A stretch of 64,000 nt of DNA, taken from NCBI GenBank assembly GCA_013115125.1, contig JABANN010000020.1, positions 62,001 to 126,000 on the forward strand, in the 5' to 3' direction. The first letter of the stretch is position 1; every line of letters begins with the position of its first letter. Made by a program: the position numbers and the translations under genes. Source of the stretch: Perkinsus olseni. Lineage: Eukaryota. Of this stretch, positions 28,801 to 40,800 are shown piece after piece. The notes under the pieces are model-generated. The model saw nothing but the letters and a program-made list of their open reading frames with translations, was not told the origin of the DNA and did not search any database.

Positions 28801-31800
28801 TTCGCCTTGGGTCGCTACAAGGAGCCTCGGTCATCGATATGGTCGTTCTCGGTAGCTCCCTCTCTGTGCGAAGCTTCGCTAGGCTCGGCCAGACGCTCTC
28901 GGTTTTCGACGCGGCACAGCTTGCGAGCTCTCTATCCCTCCGATCCTTGGCTCGTACGGGTAGCTCGTTCTCCGTCTACGGCTACTCCAGGTTAGGGTCG
29001 TCGCAATCAGTGGTCGGCTCAGCCCAGCTGGCTAGCTCGCTATCATTAAGATCCCTGGCGAGGTTGGGCAGCAGCGTATCTCTCCTCAGTAGTGGCGTGG
29101 TCGGTGGTGGGCTCTCTGTGATCGAGCAGATTCATATTGGAAGCTCGCTATCCCTTCGTTCATTGTCGAGGCTTGGTAGCTATGTCACTGTTCTGGACTA
29201 CGCCACCTTCAGCAGTTCGATGTCCATCCGTGCCTTTGCCAGGCTCGGGAGCAGTGCATCGATAAACGCTGTGTCGAGCATAGGAAGCAGCCTCACCGTG
29301 CTGGACGCTGTAGCTTTAGGCAGCTCTCTGTCCTTGAGGAGCTTCGCGAGGCTTGGTGGTGCTGCTAGCGTGCTCGACTGCACTGCTCTTGGCAGCTCTC
29401 TGTCCCTGAGGGCCTTCTCACGCTTCGGCAGCGGCCTATCTGTCACGGGCATGGCGAGGTTCGGTTCCATGACCACAGCAAGTGTGATTGGCTGTGCTCT
29501 TTTGGGTAGCTCGTTGTCACTACGCTCGGCGGCTCGTCTCGGCAGCTCCGTATCGATCGTTGGCTCGGCCAACTTTGGCAGTTCCGTCAGCGTCCTCGGC
29601 GAGGCTGCTCTGGGAAGTTCGTTCTCGTTACGAAGCTTCACTCGCCTCTCCGGTGCAGTTTCGGGTCTCGAATGCTCCCTTATGGGCAGCGCTCTGTCAT
29701 TGAGAGCATTCTCTCGGTTCGGCAGCTCCCTCTCTGCATACGGTGACTCGTCACTCGGCGGGAGCATCTCGGTACTCGACTATACTACTTTGGGAAGCTC
29801 CGTATCACTGAGAGCTGTAGCACGACTTGGCAGTACGGTGTCGGTCCTGGCGGCAGGCAGGCTGGCCGGAAGCACATCGGTGCTGAGCTTCGCCCATCTT
29901 GGGAGCTCACTTTCACTCCGCGGTTTCGCCAGACTCGGATCTAAGTGCTCGGTACTGGACTTCCTAACCTTGGGTAGTTCTCTCTCGGTGAGGACACTGC
30001 TACGCTGTGGAAGCAGCTTGTCGGTTGTTGAGAGGTCGCGATTCGCCGGCACTCTGTCGCTGCTCGACTATGTCAACATGGGCAGCACGCTCTCCATCAG
30101 AAACATAGCCAGCATTGGTGCCCGACTCTCCGCTCTTGACTGCACTTCCCTCGGCAGCGCCCTCTCTTTGCGTGCCTTTGCTCGGCTGGGCAGTGGTCTC
30201 TCCGTCACTGGACTGCAGAGGGTTGGCTCAGTCTACTCGGTCTCGGTTATTGACCAGGTCTCGCTGGGCAGCTCACTATCGGTGCGGAGCATGGCAAGGA
30301 TGGGAAGTCTCACCTCGATTGTCGGGTCCTCGTTGCTTGGTGGTGCCCTCTCTACAATAGGGCGCTCATCGGTCGGCAGCTCCCTGTCTCTACGCTCTTT
30401 CGCTCGTCTGGGCGATGGCATCACTGTATTGGAGCAGTGCGCCCTGGGTAGCTCCTTGTCGCTCCGGACGGCAGCTCGATGCGGTAGCAGTCTCTCCGTT
30501 CTTCTCGGTGCTCGCCTCGGCGGCTCATTGTCTGTACAGGACGAGGTCCACTTGGGGAGTTCCCTGTCTCTGCGCTCCTTCGCTAGACTCAGTGATCAGC
30601 TCTCCGTGATCGACTCGGTCGCCTTCGGTAGCACTCTCTCGCTAAGGTCCTTCGCCAGACTGGCTTCAAGCGCTAGCGTACTTGACTCCGGCTGCTTCGG
30701 CAGCTCCTTGTCCTTACGCAACTTCGCTAGGCTTGGCAGTGGCGTCTCCGTGGCTGGTCTGTGCAGAGTTGGCTCCGTATACAAGCTGTCCACGATAGCC
30801 GCTGGAGCATTCGGCAGCTCACTCAGTCTGCGATCCTTCGCGAGACTAGGCAGTGCGGCTACGGTCTTTGATCACATCTCGCTCGGTAGCAGCCTTTCCT
30901 GCCGAAGCTTTGCGAGGATCGGCAGTAGCCTCTCAGTCGGGTCCAGTGGCAAGAGTTCTTTTGCTGGTCCGCTATCCCTCTTCGATGCTGTTCAGTGCGG
31001 CTCCTCTCTGTCACTGCGGTCCTTCTTGCGAATCGGCAGTGGCGTGTCCGCGGCTGGACTGGGCACTGTAGGGTCCATGAGCTCGGTGTCTGTGATTGGG
31101 TGTGCCGCCTTCGGAAGCTCGCTCTCTTTGCGGTCTTTCGCCAGGCTCGGCAGCAAGGTGTCGATTCTAGATTGTACGAGCCTCGGCAGCAGCCTGTCGG
31201 TGAGGTCGGCAGTGCGCTTCGGCAGCTCCATATCAACTGCCTCGGTCGCCAGCTTCGGCTCCGTATCTCTCGCATCATGTGTCGGCTACGTCCATATTGG
31301 TAGCACCCTTTCCCTCCGCGGCTTTGGTCGCCTTGGTTCTCGCCTCAGCGTGTTTGATGCTGCAAGTCTAGGTAGCACGCTCTCGCTCCGCTCCTTCGCC
31401 CGGCTTGGAAGTGCTGCCTCAGTGACCGGCCTGGCTCGATTGGGCTCGGTTTACAAGCTCAGCGTTATCGATGGCACCCACTTGAGTAGCAGTCTATCCC
31501 TGCGCAGCTTTGCTCGCCTAGGGAGCAGCCTCTCAAGCGCTGGAACGGCTCATGTTGGTTCTGCCATCTCGGCTCTCTCCTTCATCAGATCTGGTGCATC
31601 ACTATCTGTGCTGGAGGGCTCACAGTTTGGTAGCTCACTCTCCCTGCGCAGCTTTGGTCGGCTGGGCTCCCGTCTCTCTATACTGGACGCGGTTTGCCTC
31701 GGCAGTGCCCTCTCTGTACGTGCGGTGGCGCGTATTGGAAGCACAATATCTGCTACTGGCTTTTGCAGGATTGGCCAGTCGCTGTCAGTGGTTTCCGAGA

Positions 31801-34800
31801 CACATCTGGGGAGCTCTCTGTCACTACGAAGCTTCGGTCGCCTCGGTGGCACTGCATCCGTCTTCGATGTAGTAGCATTAAGTAGCGCGCTGTCCTTGAG
31901 ATCCCTCGCCAGGCTTGGCAGTGGCGTATCTGTCACTGGCCTCGTCCGCCTAGGGTCCCTCTATGCTCTATCAACTATTGCATCGACGACTCTTGGTAGC
32001 GCTCTCTCAGTGAGGTCCCTCGCTCGCCTGGGCAGTGGCCTTTCAGTGGCTCGAAGCGGCTCATTCGGGGGGACCTTGAGTACCATAGGGCAGGCCCATC
32101 TGGGTAGCAGCTTATCTCTCCGGGGCTTTGCACGACTTGGCTCTTCGGTATCAGTGCTCGACTACCTCGCCCTCGGTAGCTCATTGTCGGTACGCGCGGT
32201 GCTGCGTCAAGGAAGCTCTCTCTCTGTGGCATCATCAGCCCTGCTCAGCGGCAGCATCAGTGTCCTGGGGCAATCCGCGATCGGCAGCAGCTTGTCACTG
32301 CGGAGCTTCGCTCGTCTCGGTAGCTCTGCAAGTGTTCTCGAGGCTTCGGCTTTCGGCAGTTCTCTCTCTCTAAGGAGCTTCGCTCGACTCGGCAGTGGTA
32401 TCTCTGTTGCTAGTTTGGCAAGAGTCGGATCCGTCTACAAGATCTCCGTGATCGCTGGCATGTCTATGGGAAGTGCCCTATCGTTGAGGTCCTTCGCGAG
32501 GATAGGCAGCTCGATGTCAGTGTCGTCCGGTCTCACACTTGGTAGCAGCGTCTCGGCTCTATCGCAGGGATACTTCAGTGACCGACTTTCCGTTCTCGGA
32601 GCTGCGTCGTTCGGAAGTTGCCTATCGTTGCGCAGCTTCGCCCGCCTTGGCAAGTCTGCCAGTGCCCTCGATTATACTGCTTTAGGCAGTAGCCTCTCGC
32701 TTCGTTCAGCGTCGCGTATCGGCAGCACCATGTCGGTCTTCGCTGACTTGAAACTAGGAGACTCTGTCAGTGTTATCTCAGAGGCGTCCTTGGGTAGTTC
32801 CCTATCTTTACGAAGCTTCTCCAGGCTCGGGTCGTCCGCCTCGGTACTTGACTTCCTAACCTTGGGCAGTTCCTTGTCCCTTCGAGGTTGTCTCCGTCTT
32901 GGGAGCGGCGTTTCCGTACAGGGCCTCCAACGCGTCGGCTCGGTGTACGCTATCTCGGTCATTGCCAGCTCATCTCTCGGTAGCTCCCTGTCTCTGAGGG
33001 GCTTTGCCAGGCTGGGCAGCGGAGTGTCGGTTCTCTCAACCGCTGATCTTGGAGCCAGCGTCTCGGTCCTGGATGCCACAGCTCTGGGCAGTAGCATGTC
33101 CCTGAGGAGCTTCGCCAGACTGGGAAGCTCAACTACTGCATTCGACTTCGCCTTGCTCAGTAGCTCCTTGTCGCTTCGGTCCGTGATGCGCTTGGGCAGT
33201 ACCCTCTCTGTACAGTCGTCTGGCCTAGTCGGAAGCTCGTGCTCGGTGTTGGGCTCCTCGGCCCTCGGTAGCAGCTTATCTCTGCGCAGCTTCGCACGAT
33301 TCGGCAGTGTGCTCAGCGCATTCGACTTCGCAGCCCTTGGCAGTGCTCTATCCGTGAGGGCCGCAATAAGAGCTGGTAGCTCCCTGTCTGTGACCGGGGC
33401 AACGAGGTTCGGATCCTTACTGGCAGTCTCCGTCTGCGAGGCAGTCAACCTCGGCAGTTCCCTATCGTTAAGAAGCTTCGCTAGGCTCGGCAGTGATCTA
33501 TCAGTACTCGACAGGACCGCCCTTGGAAGCTCTTTATCTGTCAGGGCCTTCGCCAGGCTGGGCAGTAGTGTGTCCGTAACAGGCCTTGCGCGAATTGGCT
33601 CGATATACGACTTATCGGTCATCAGCTCGACTACCTTCGGCAGCGGTCTATCACTCCGTGGTTTCGCCAGACTCGGGAGCACAGTATCAACGTGTGCCTC
33701 CGCGAGACTGGGCGACTCGCTCACCGCGCTCGGTGCTGCCTCCTTCGGTAGCTCGCTGTCTTTGAGGAGCTTCGCTCGTCTTGGCGGCAAGCATTCTGTA
33801 TTCGACTACACCAGCCTTGGCAGTAGCCTCTCCCTGGCCTCCTTCGCCAGGATCGGCAGCACGCTCTCAGTCTTCAGCGAGTCATCTCTTGGCGGGACAG
33901 TCTCCGTACTCGATGCTACCGCCTGCTCGAGCTCCCTCTCTCTGAGGAGCTTCTCTCGCCTTGGCGGCATCCTGTCGGTGTTTGACTTCACCACCCTCAG
34001 TAGCAGTCTCTCAGTTCGCAGTGCGGTCCGCATTGGCAGCTCGCTTTCCGTCTTCGGCAACACCAACAGCCCCTGTGGCTGCGGTCTCTCCGTCTTGGCT
34101 CAAGCTACTCTGGGCAGTTCGCTATCTCTACGCTCTTTTGCTAGTCTTGGCAGCTCCGCCTCCATCCTGGACATGGTAACTCTTGGTAGCTCTCTCTCCC
34201 TACGAGGCGTCTCTCGCTGCGGCAGTGGCGTGTCAGTGTATGGCTTGGCACGTGTCGGCTCCTTGTACAGCCTCTCGGTCATAGCCTGTAACGGTCTCAG
34301 TAGCTCCCTGTCCTTACGCTCATTCGCCCGTATGGGAAGTGTGGTCTCGATCTACAGCGCTAGCCGCCTGGGAGGCTCTGCAAGCATTCTCGACAGCATG
34401 CACTGCGGTAGTAGTCTGTCGTTGCGGTCATTCGCTAGGCTGGCCAGTTGTGCTAGTGTTTGCCACTTCGCCTCCTTTGGTTCGGCTCTTTCCATCCGCG
34501 CAGCGGTGAGGGTAGGCAGTACCTGCTCGGTAGCCCAGTTGGCCCGTATCGGTTCCATCTATAAACTGAGCGTCATATCCAGCGGCTACTTCGGCAGCTC
34601 TCTCTCCCTTAGGAGTGCTGCCAGGCTGGGCAGTTCCCTCTCAGTCAGCGGGCTTACCCGTGTTGGCTCAATCTATGCGTTGTCTGTGATAGCTGATACT
34701 TCTTTCGGCAGTTCGCTGTCTTTGAGGAGCTTCGCTCGCCTCGGTAGCAAGGTGTCAGTGCTAGACCAAGCTAACCTAGGCAGCACTCTATCTCTTCGGG

Positions 34801-37800
34801 GCGTTTGTCGGCTCGGCAGCAGTGTTTCCTCTTTCGGCCTTGCCCGTCTGGGATCTGTTTACAAGTTGAGCGTCATCGCGTCTGTGGACTTTGGTAGCAG
34901 TCTTTCTCTAAGATCAGCTGCCCGTCTCGGCAGTAGCCTATCCGTCTTCGGGTCTGGTCAGATCGGCAGTGCTCTGAGCATACTAGCCAGCACCTCCTTT
35001 GGGTCCTCCACTTCTGTTCTGGACCAGGTCGCAGTCGGCAGCTCTCTGTCACTGCGCAGCTTCGCTCGGCTAGGGAGCAAGTCCAGCGCACTTGACTTTG
35101 TACTGCTGGGAAGCACTCTATCCCTCAGAAGTCTTGCTAGGCTGGGCAGCGTGGCATCGGTCTACGGCCTCAGTCGGCTGGGCGACTCGTTGTCGGCCCT
35201 TGGACTGGTCGGCTTGGGTAGTTCGCTATCCGTCAGGAGCTTCAGCAGGCTCGGCGGCAAGGTCAGCCTCTGGGACTTGTCATCCATTGGCAGTTCTCTG
35301 AGTGTGAGGAGCCTGGCTCGCTTCGGCAGCACAATCTCGGTAACCTCGCTTCTCCGCTGCGGCTCTGTCTACTCACTGTCCATTATAGCCTCTACGTCTC
35401 TAGCGAGCTCACTGTCTCTAAGACAGTTCGCGCGGCTGGGCAGCGGCTTCTCTGTCCTCGGGAGCACCCGCCTCTCAGAGAGGATTTCTGTGCTTGACTC
35501 GACTGACCTCGGTAGCTCCCTCTCGCTCCGCAGCTTCTGCCGTCTGGGAAGCAAGCTGAGTATAGTAGACTTGGCTACACTGGGCAGCTCTCTGTCCGTG
35601 AGGTCTGCGGTGAGGATCGGTAGCTCGATATCTGTTGCTGCCTCTTCCAGACTCGGTGCTACCCTGTCTACTCTCAGCGAGACGGTATGCGGCAGCTCTC
35701 TGTCATTGAGGAGCTTTGCTCGTCTTGGCAGCCTACTGACCGTGTTCGACCACGGACTTCTCTCGAGTAGTCTATCACTGAGAGGCTTCGCAAGGCTTGG
35801 CAGTACTTTGTCGGTGACCGGTGTAGCAAGAGTAGGGTCCCTCTACACAGTCTCAGCCTACGGTGCAGTCACCTTGGGCAGCTCTTTTTCACTCAGGAGC
35901 TTTGCTCGATTGGGCAGCAGCCTCTCTGTCGCTACCTCTGGGTGCTTCGGCTCTGCAGTATCTGCACTGTCCCTAAGTCGTTGCGGCGGTACTATATCCT
36001 CACTCGGATTTGCTTCCTTTGGTAGCTCTCTGTCCATACGGTCTTGGGTGCGCCTCAGCGGTCGCCTAAGCATACTGGACATGTCGTCGTTCGGCAGCAC
36101 TCTCTCGTTGCGCTCCGCTGCTAGACTTGGATCGGGTCTCACGGTTCTCGGTATGGCAAGTATCGGTAAATCGCTCTCTGCCATCGAGGCTGTGGCTTTG
36201 GGCAGCAGCCTCTCTCTGAGGTCTGCTTGCCGACTGGGCAGCTCCGTGTCCATTCTGTCCGCCATACGTGCTGGTTCATCTCTCTCCGTGTTGGATCGAA
36301 TCACGCTCGGTAGCTCGGTGTCTCTGCGCTCGTTCAGCCGATTCGGCTCCAGCCTGTCAGTCCTCGACGTATCGGTCCTCGGTAGCTCTATGTCCATGCG
36401 GGCATTCCTTCGCGTGGGAAGCGCGTTTTCTCTATTCGATGGGGCGAGGCTGGGCTCTTGTATCTCGCTGGTCAGCTATGCTACCCTCGGAAGTTCAATC
36501 TCCTTGCGCAGTTTCGCGAGGATGGGCTCCAAACTCTCGGTCATCGACGACGTAGAGATCGGCAGCAGCCTGTCTTTGCGCAGCTTTTCAAGGCTGGGTA
36601 GCACGGTGACAGTCTTACAGCGGGCCACTCTAGGCTCGGCCTTATCAGTGCTGAGCCAAACCAGCATGGGCAGCTCGCTCTCTCTGAGATCCTTCTCCCG
36701 CTTTGGGTCACGACTAAGCGTTCTGGATTCCCTCAACCTCGGAAGCTCTCTGTCCCTCCGCAGCTTCGCCAGATTCGCCAGCTCCCTCTCGGCGTTGAGC
36801 TCCGGCCAGTTTGGCCGCCGCTTGAGTGCTGTAGAGCAAGCGCACTTCGGCAGTTCCTTGTCGTTGAGAAGCTTGGCCCGGTTAGGCAGCAAAGTTTCTG
36901 TTCTGGACTTGGCCCACTTTGGAAGCGCACTCTCAGTTCGCTCATTCACCCGAGTTGGTGCCCGCTTCTCTGTACTGGACGAGGTAGAGATCGGCAGTAC
37001 CCTATCCCTACGGTCATTTGCTCGTCTGGGCAGTGGAGTGTCTATGCTCGGCCTGCTACGGACAGGTTCTGTCTACTCAGTCTCTACTCTGGCAGAGGCC
37101 ATCCTTGGCAGCTCCTTGTCTCTCCGGAGCTTCGCTAGACTCGGCTCTAAGGTCTCGGTTCTCGACTTTGTCCACCTCGGCAGCAGCCTCTCCCTGCGTT
37201 GCAGCACCAAGATAGGGTCTCAAATATCCGTGTTGTCCAAGGCCTCACTCTCTGCCCAGCTCACTGTGCTTGACCATGCTAATATCGGCAGCAGTATGTC
37301 CATCCGCGCCATGGCTAGGCTTGGATCGGGCCTATCGATCTTCTCTAATGCTCTAGCGGGCTCGTCTGTATCGATATACGGCAAGTCCTACATGCAGTCG
37401 TCGGCATCTGTTGTCGACTCGGTGTCGTTCAGTAGCTCCCTCTCTCTGAGGAGCTTCGCGAGGCTTGGCAGCACCGTATCTGCTCTAGATTGTGTTACTC
37501 TAGGCAGCACGCTCTCGCTACGAGGATTTGGCCGCCTTGGCAGTGGAGTGTCGATCCTCGGCCTTGCTCGAGTAGGCTCTGTTTACAAGCTCTCGGCAAT
37601 CGATGGTGCACAGTTCGGCAGTTCTTTGTCCTTGAGGTCTTTTTCACGGTGTGGATCGAAGCTGTCGGTCTTCGACTTCGCTCAGCTTGGGAGCAGCCTC
37701 TCCATCAGGGCTCTCTTCCGGCTTGGGTCGAGCTTCTCTGCCGTGTCCAATTCTAGGATCGGCGCTGTTGCCTCGATCGTAGACCACGTCATGATAGGCA

Positions 37801-40800
37801 GTTGCATGTCCCTGCGTGCGGCTGCTCGCCTTGGCGGTGCCCTTTCGGTGGCATCTAAGACTCTGCATGGCGGAGTTATGTCCGCGGCTGATGCTGTACA
37901 GCTATCAAGTTCTGTATCGCTGAGGTCATTCGCTAGTCTCGGCGGTAAGCTCTCGATGTTCGACCTCGCTAACCTGGGCAGCGCTTTATCTCTCCGGGGA
38001 TTTGCTCGTTTCGGCAGCACCGTGTCCGTGTTCGACAAGAGCCAGCTTGGTAGCACCCTATCGGTCCTTGACGCCACGACGCTCGGCAGCTCGCTGTCGG
38101 TGAGGATGCTAGGCAACCTTGGCTCATCTCTGTCCGTCTACGACTTCGGCTCAATGAGCAGCTGCTTGTCATTACGACATGCTGCTCGGTTGGGTAGCGG
38201 AATCTCCATCCTCGGTCTGGCTAGAGCAGGTAGCGTGTTCAAGCTCTCGTTAATCGACATGGCGGCCATTGGCAGCTCGGTGTCCATGAGAGGGTTCGCT
38301 AGATTTGGCAGCAGCATCTCTATATTCGGCCTCACTCGCACCACTTCTATGTACAGTGCAAGCATAGTCAACATGGCCCACTGCGCGAGCAGCCTATCCC
38401 TGCGGAGCTTCGCTCGACTAGGCAGCGGTCTGTCGGTTACCGGCCTCAGCCGGTTGGGTTCCATCTACTCTCTGTCCACAATAAGCACCGCATCCTTCGC
38501 TAGCACCCTATCCTTGCGGTCAATCGGTCGACTTGGAAGCTCTATATCGGTGTATGGCCAGTCTAGGTTCGGTACCGGTGGTGTCTCCGTCTGTGACTCC
38601 ATCACTCTATCGAGTTCCGTCTCTCTCCGATCCTTCGCTAGGACAGGCAGCTCCATATCTGTCGCCGGTAGCAGCGGTGTGGCCGGTACCCTCTCGGTAA
38701 TGCTTGCTTCCAACTTGGGAAGCGCGTTATCTCTGAGGTCCTTCGCAAGGCTAGGAAGCTCTCTGTCACTCTACAGTGGTCTCGTCGCTCAGGGCGAACT
38801 CGAGTTTGGTGGCAGCCTATCGGTGGCGGAGTTCGTCAACTGTGGATCATCTCTGTCTATGCGCAGCTTCGCCCGCTTCGGCAGTATTGCTAGCGTTGTG
38901 GACTGTGTCAACCTCGGCAGCTCCTTGTCACTCAGAGCGTATGCTAGGCTTGGCAGCTCAGTATCTGTAACCGGTGTCGTGCAGTCAAGCTCTGCTATGT
39001 CGGTGCTTGGCATGGCCCGTCTAGGCGACTCCCTCTCCTCAGTCGGGTACTCTACCTTGGGCAGCTCCATGTCGCTCCGCAGCTTCGCCAGACTTGGGAG
39101 CAAGCTCACGGTGGTAGACTGCGCTGCTCTAGGCAGTTCACTGTCTCTGCGCTCCTACGTCCGTCTCGGCTCAGCCCTATCGGCAGCCGAAAGTGCCCAC
39201 ATCGGCAGTACACTGTCTGCCCTGTCGTCAGCAAGGCTCGGGTCAGCGCTCTCCTCTCTCGATGCCGTATCCTTCGGCAGTGCCATCTCCATCAGATCCT
39301 ACGGTCGTTTAGGCAGCAAGTTGTCTGTCTTGGACTTCGTGACCTTCGGCAGTGCACTGAGCCTGCGAACCTCGCTGCGTATCGGCAGCGGTATCTCCGC
39401 AACTTCTGGTCTTCTGCTAGGTGGTAGTTTGTCCATTATCCAAGCAGCCCACTTCGGCAGCACCCTCTCTCTGCGTTCGTCTGTCAAGATCGGAGCTAAG
39501 CTGTCCGCCCTGGGCCTCGGCCATCTCGGAAGTTCTCTATCTCTGAGGAGCGTAGCTCGGTTGGGAAGCGGCCTGTCTGTTGTTGGCATGCTACGAATGG
39601 GCTCCCTCTATGCCTTGAGTGCAATAGACTCGGCGGTGTGCGGCAGCTCGATCTCCATGAGGTCCTTTGCTCGCCTCGGTAGTGGGATATCCATCACTTC
39701 CATAGCCCGCGTGTGCGGCGTCACTTCCTCCCTTGGAGCAGTCCACGCTGGCTCCACGCTCTCCGCTCTCAATACGGCTTACTTTGGCGGAGCGATCTCG
39801 GCCCTGAACACTGCTCGATTTGGCGACATTCTAAGTGTTGTAGACGCCACGGAGCTGGGGAGTTCGCTGTCCTTAAGAAGCTTCGCTCGCTTCGGCAGCT
39901 CGTGTTCGGTAACCACAGGGTCATCTCTCGGTGAGTCCCTCAGCGTTTTGGGCAGCGCTCATCTCGGCAGCTCCCTGTCGCTACGATCCTTCGCCAGACT
40001 CGGCAGCTCCGTATCTGGTGTTGGAGCGGTGCGACTAGGCGAGCAGGTCTCGGCCCTCTCGCATGCACGCATCGGTAGCACGCTATCTGTCCTTGAAGGA
40101 GCCAACGTCGGCAGCTCGCTGTCTCTACGATCTTTCGCGCGTATTGGCAGCTCCATCACTCTGGGATCTGGTGCCCGTATAGCTAGCGGCATCTCAGCCA
40201 CTCAGGTGGCTCGCTTCGGCAGCGTTCTCTCTACTCTGGCTGAAGCCTCTCTTGCTAGTACTCTGTCCCTGCGTTCATTCGCCCGCCTCGGCAGTTCTAT
40301 CACTATCACGAGCGGCGGAGCGATTGGTGGCGATGTGTCCGCTCTGGGCTTCAGTCGACTTGGTGATACCCTCTCTGTCCTCGGCGCGAGCTCTCTAGGA
40401 AGCTCCTTATCTCTTCGGAGCTTCGCTAGATTGGGCAGTGCCATATCCGTTACGGGGGTAGCCAATACGGGCTCTGCCATTTCTGCAGTCGGTGCTGCTC
40501 GCCTCGGCTCTAGTATGTCCTTGCTGGGCATGGGTGCCCTGGGCAGCTCCCTATCACTGAGAGGATTCTTCAGAATCGGCAGTAGCTTGTCCGTAGATGG
40601 TCTCACGCGGATCGGTTCTACCGCTTATCTATCTGCTGTCGATGCGGTGGCTTTCGGAAGTACCTTGTCGTTGAGAAGCTTCGCCCGTCTGGGCAGCGCT
40701 GTATCTGTGGCAGGAGCTGGAGTAATGGCAGGGCAGCTCTCCGCTCTCTCCTCTATCCGCTTGGGTAGCAGCCTATCAGTGCTGGACTTCTCTGGCTTTG

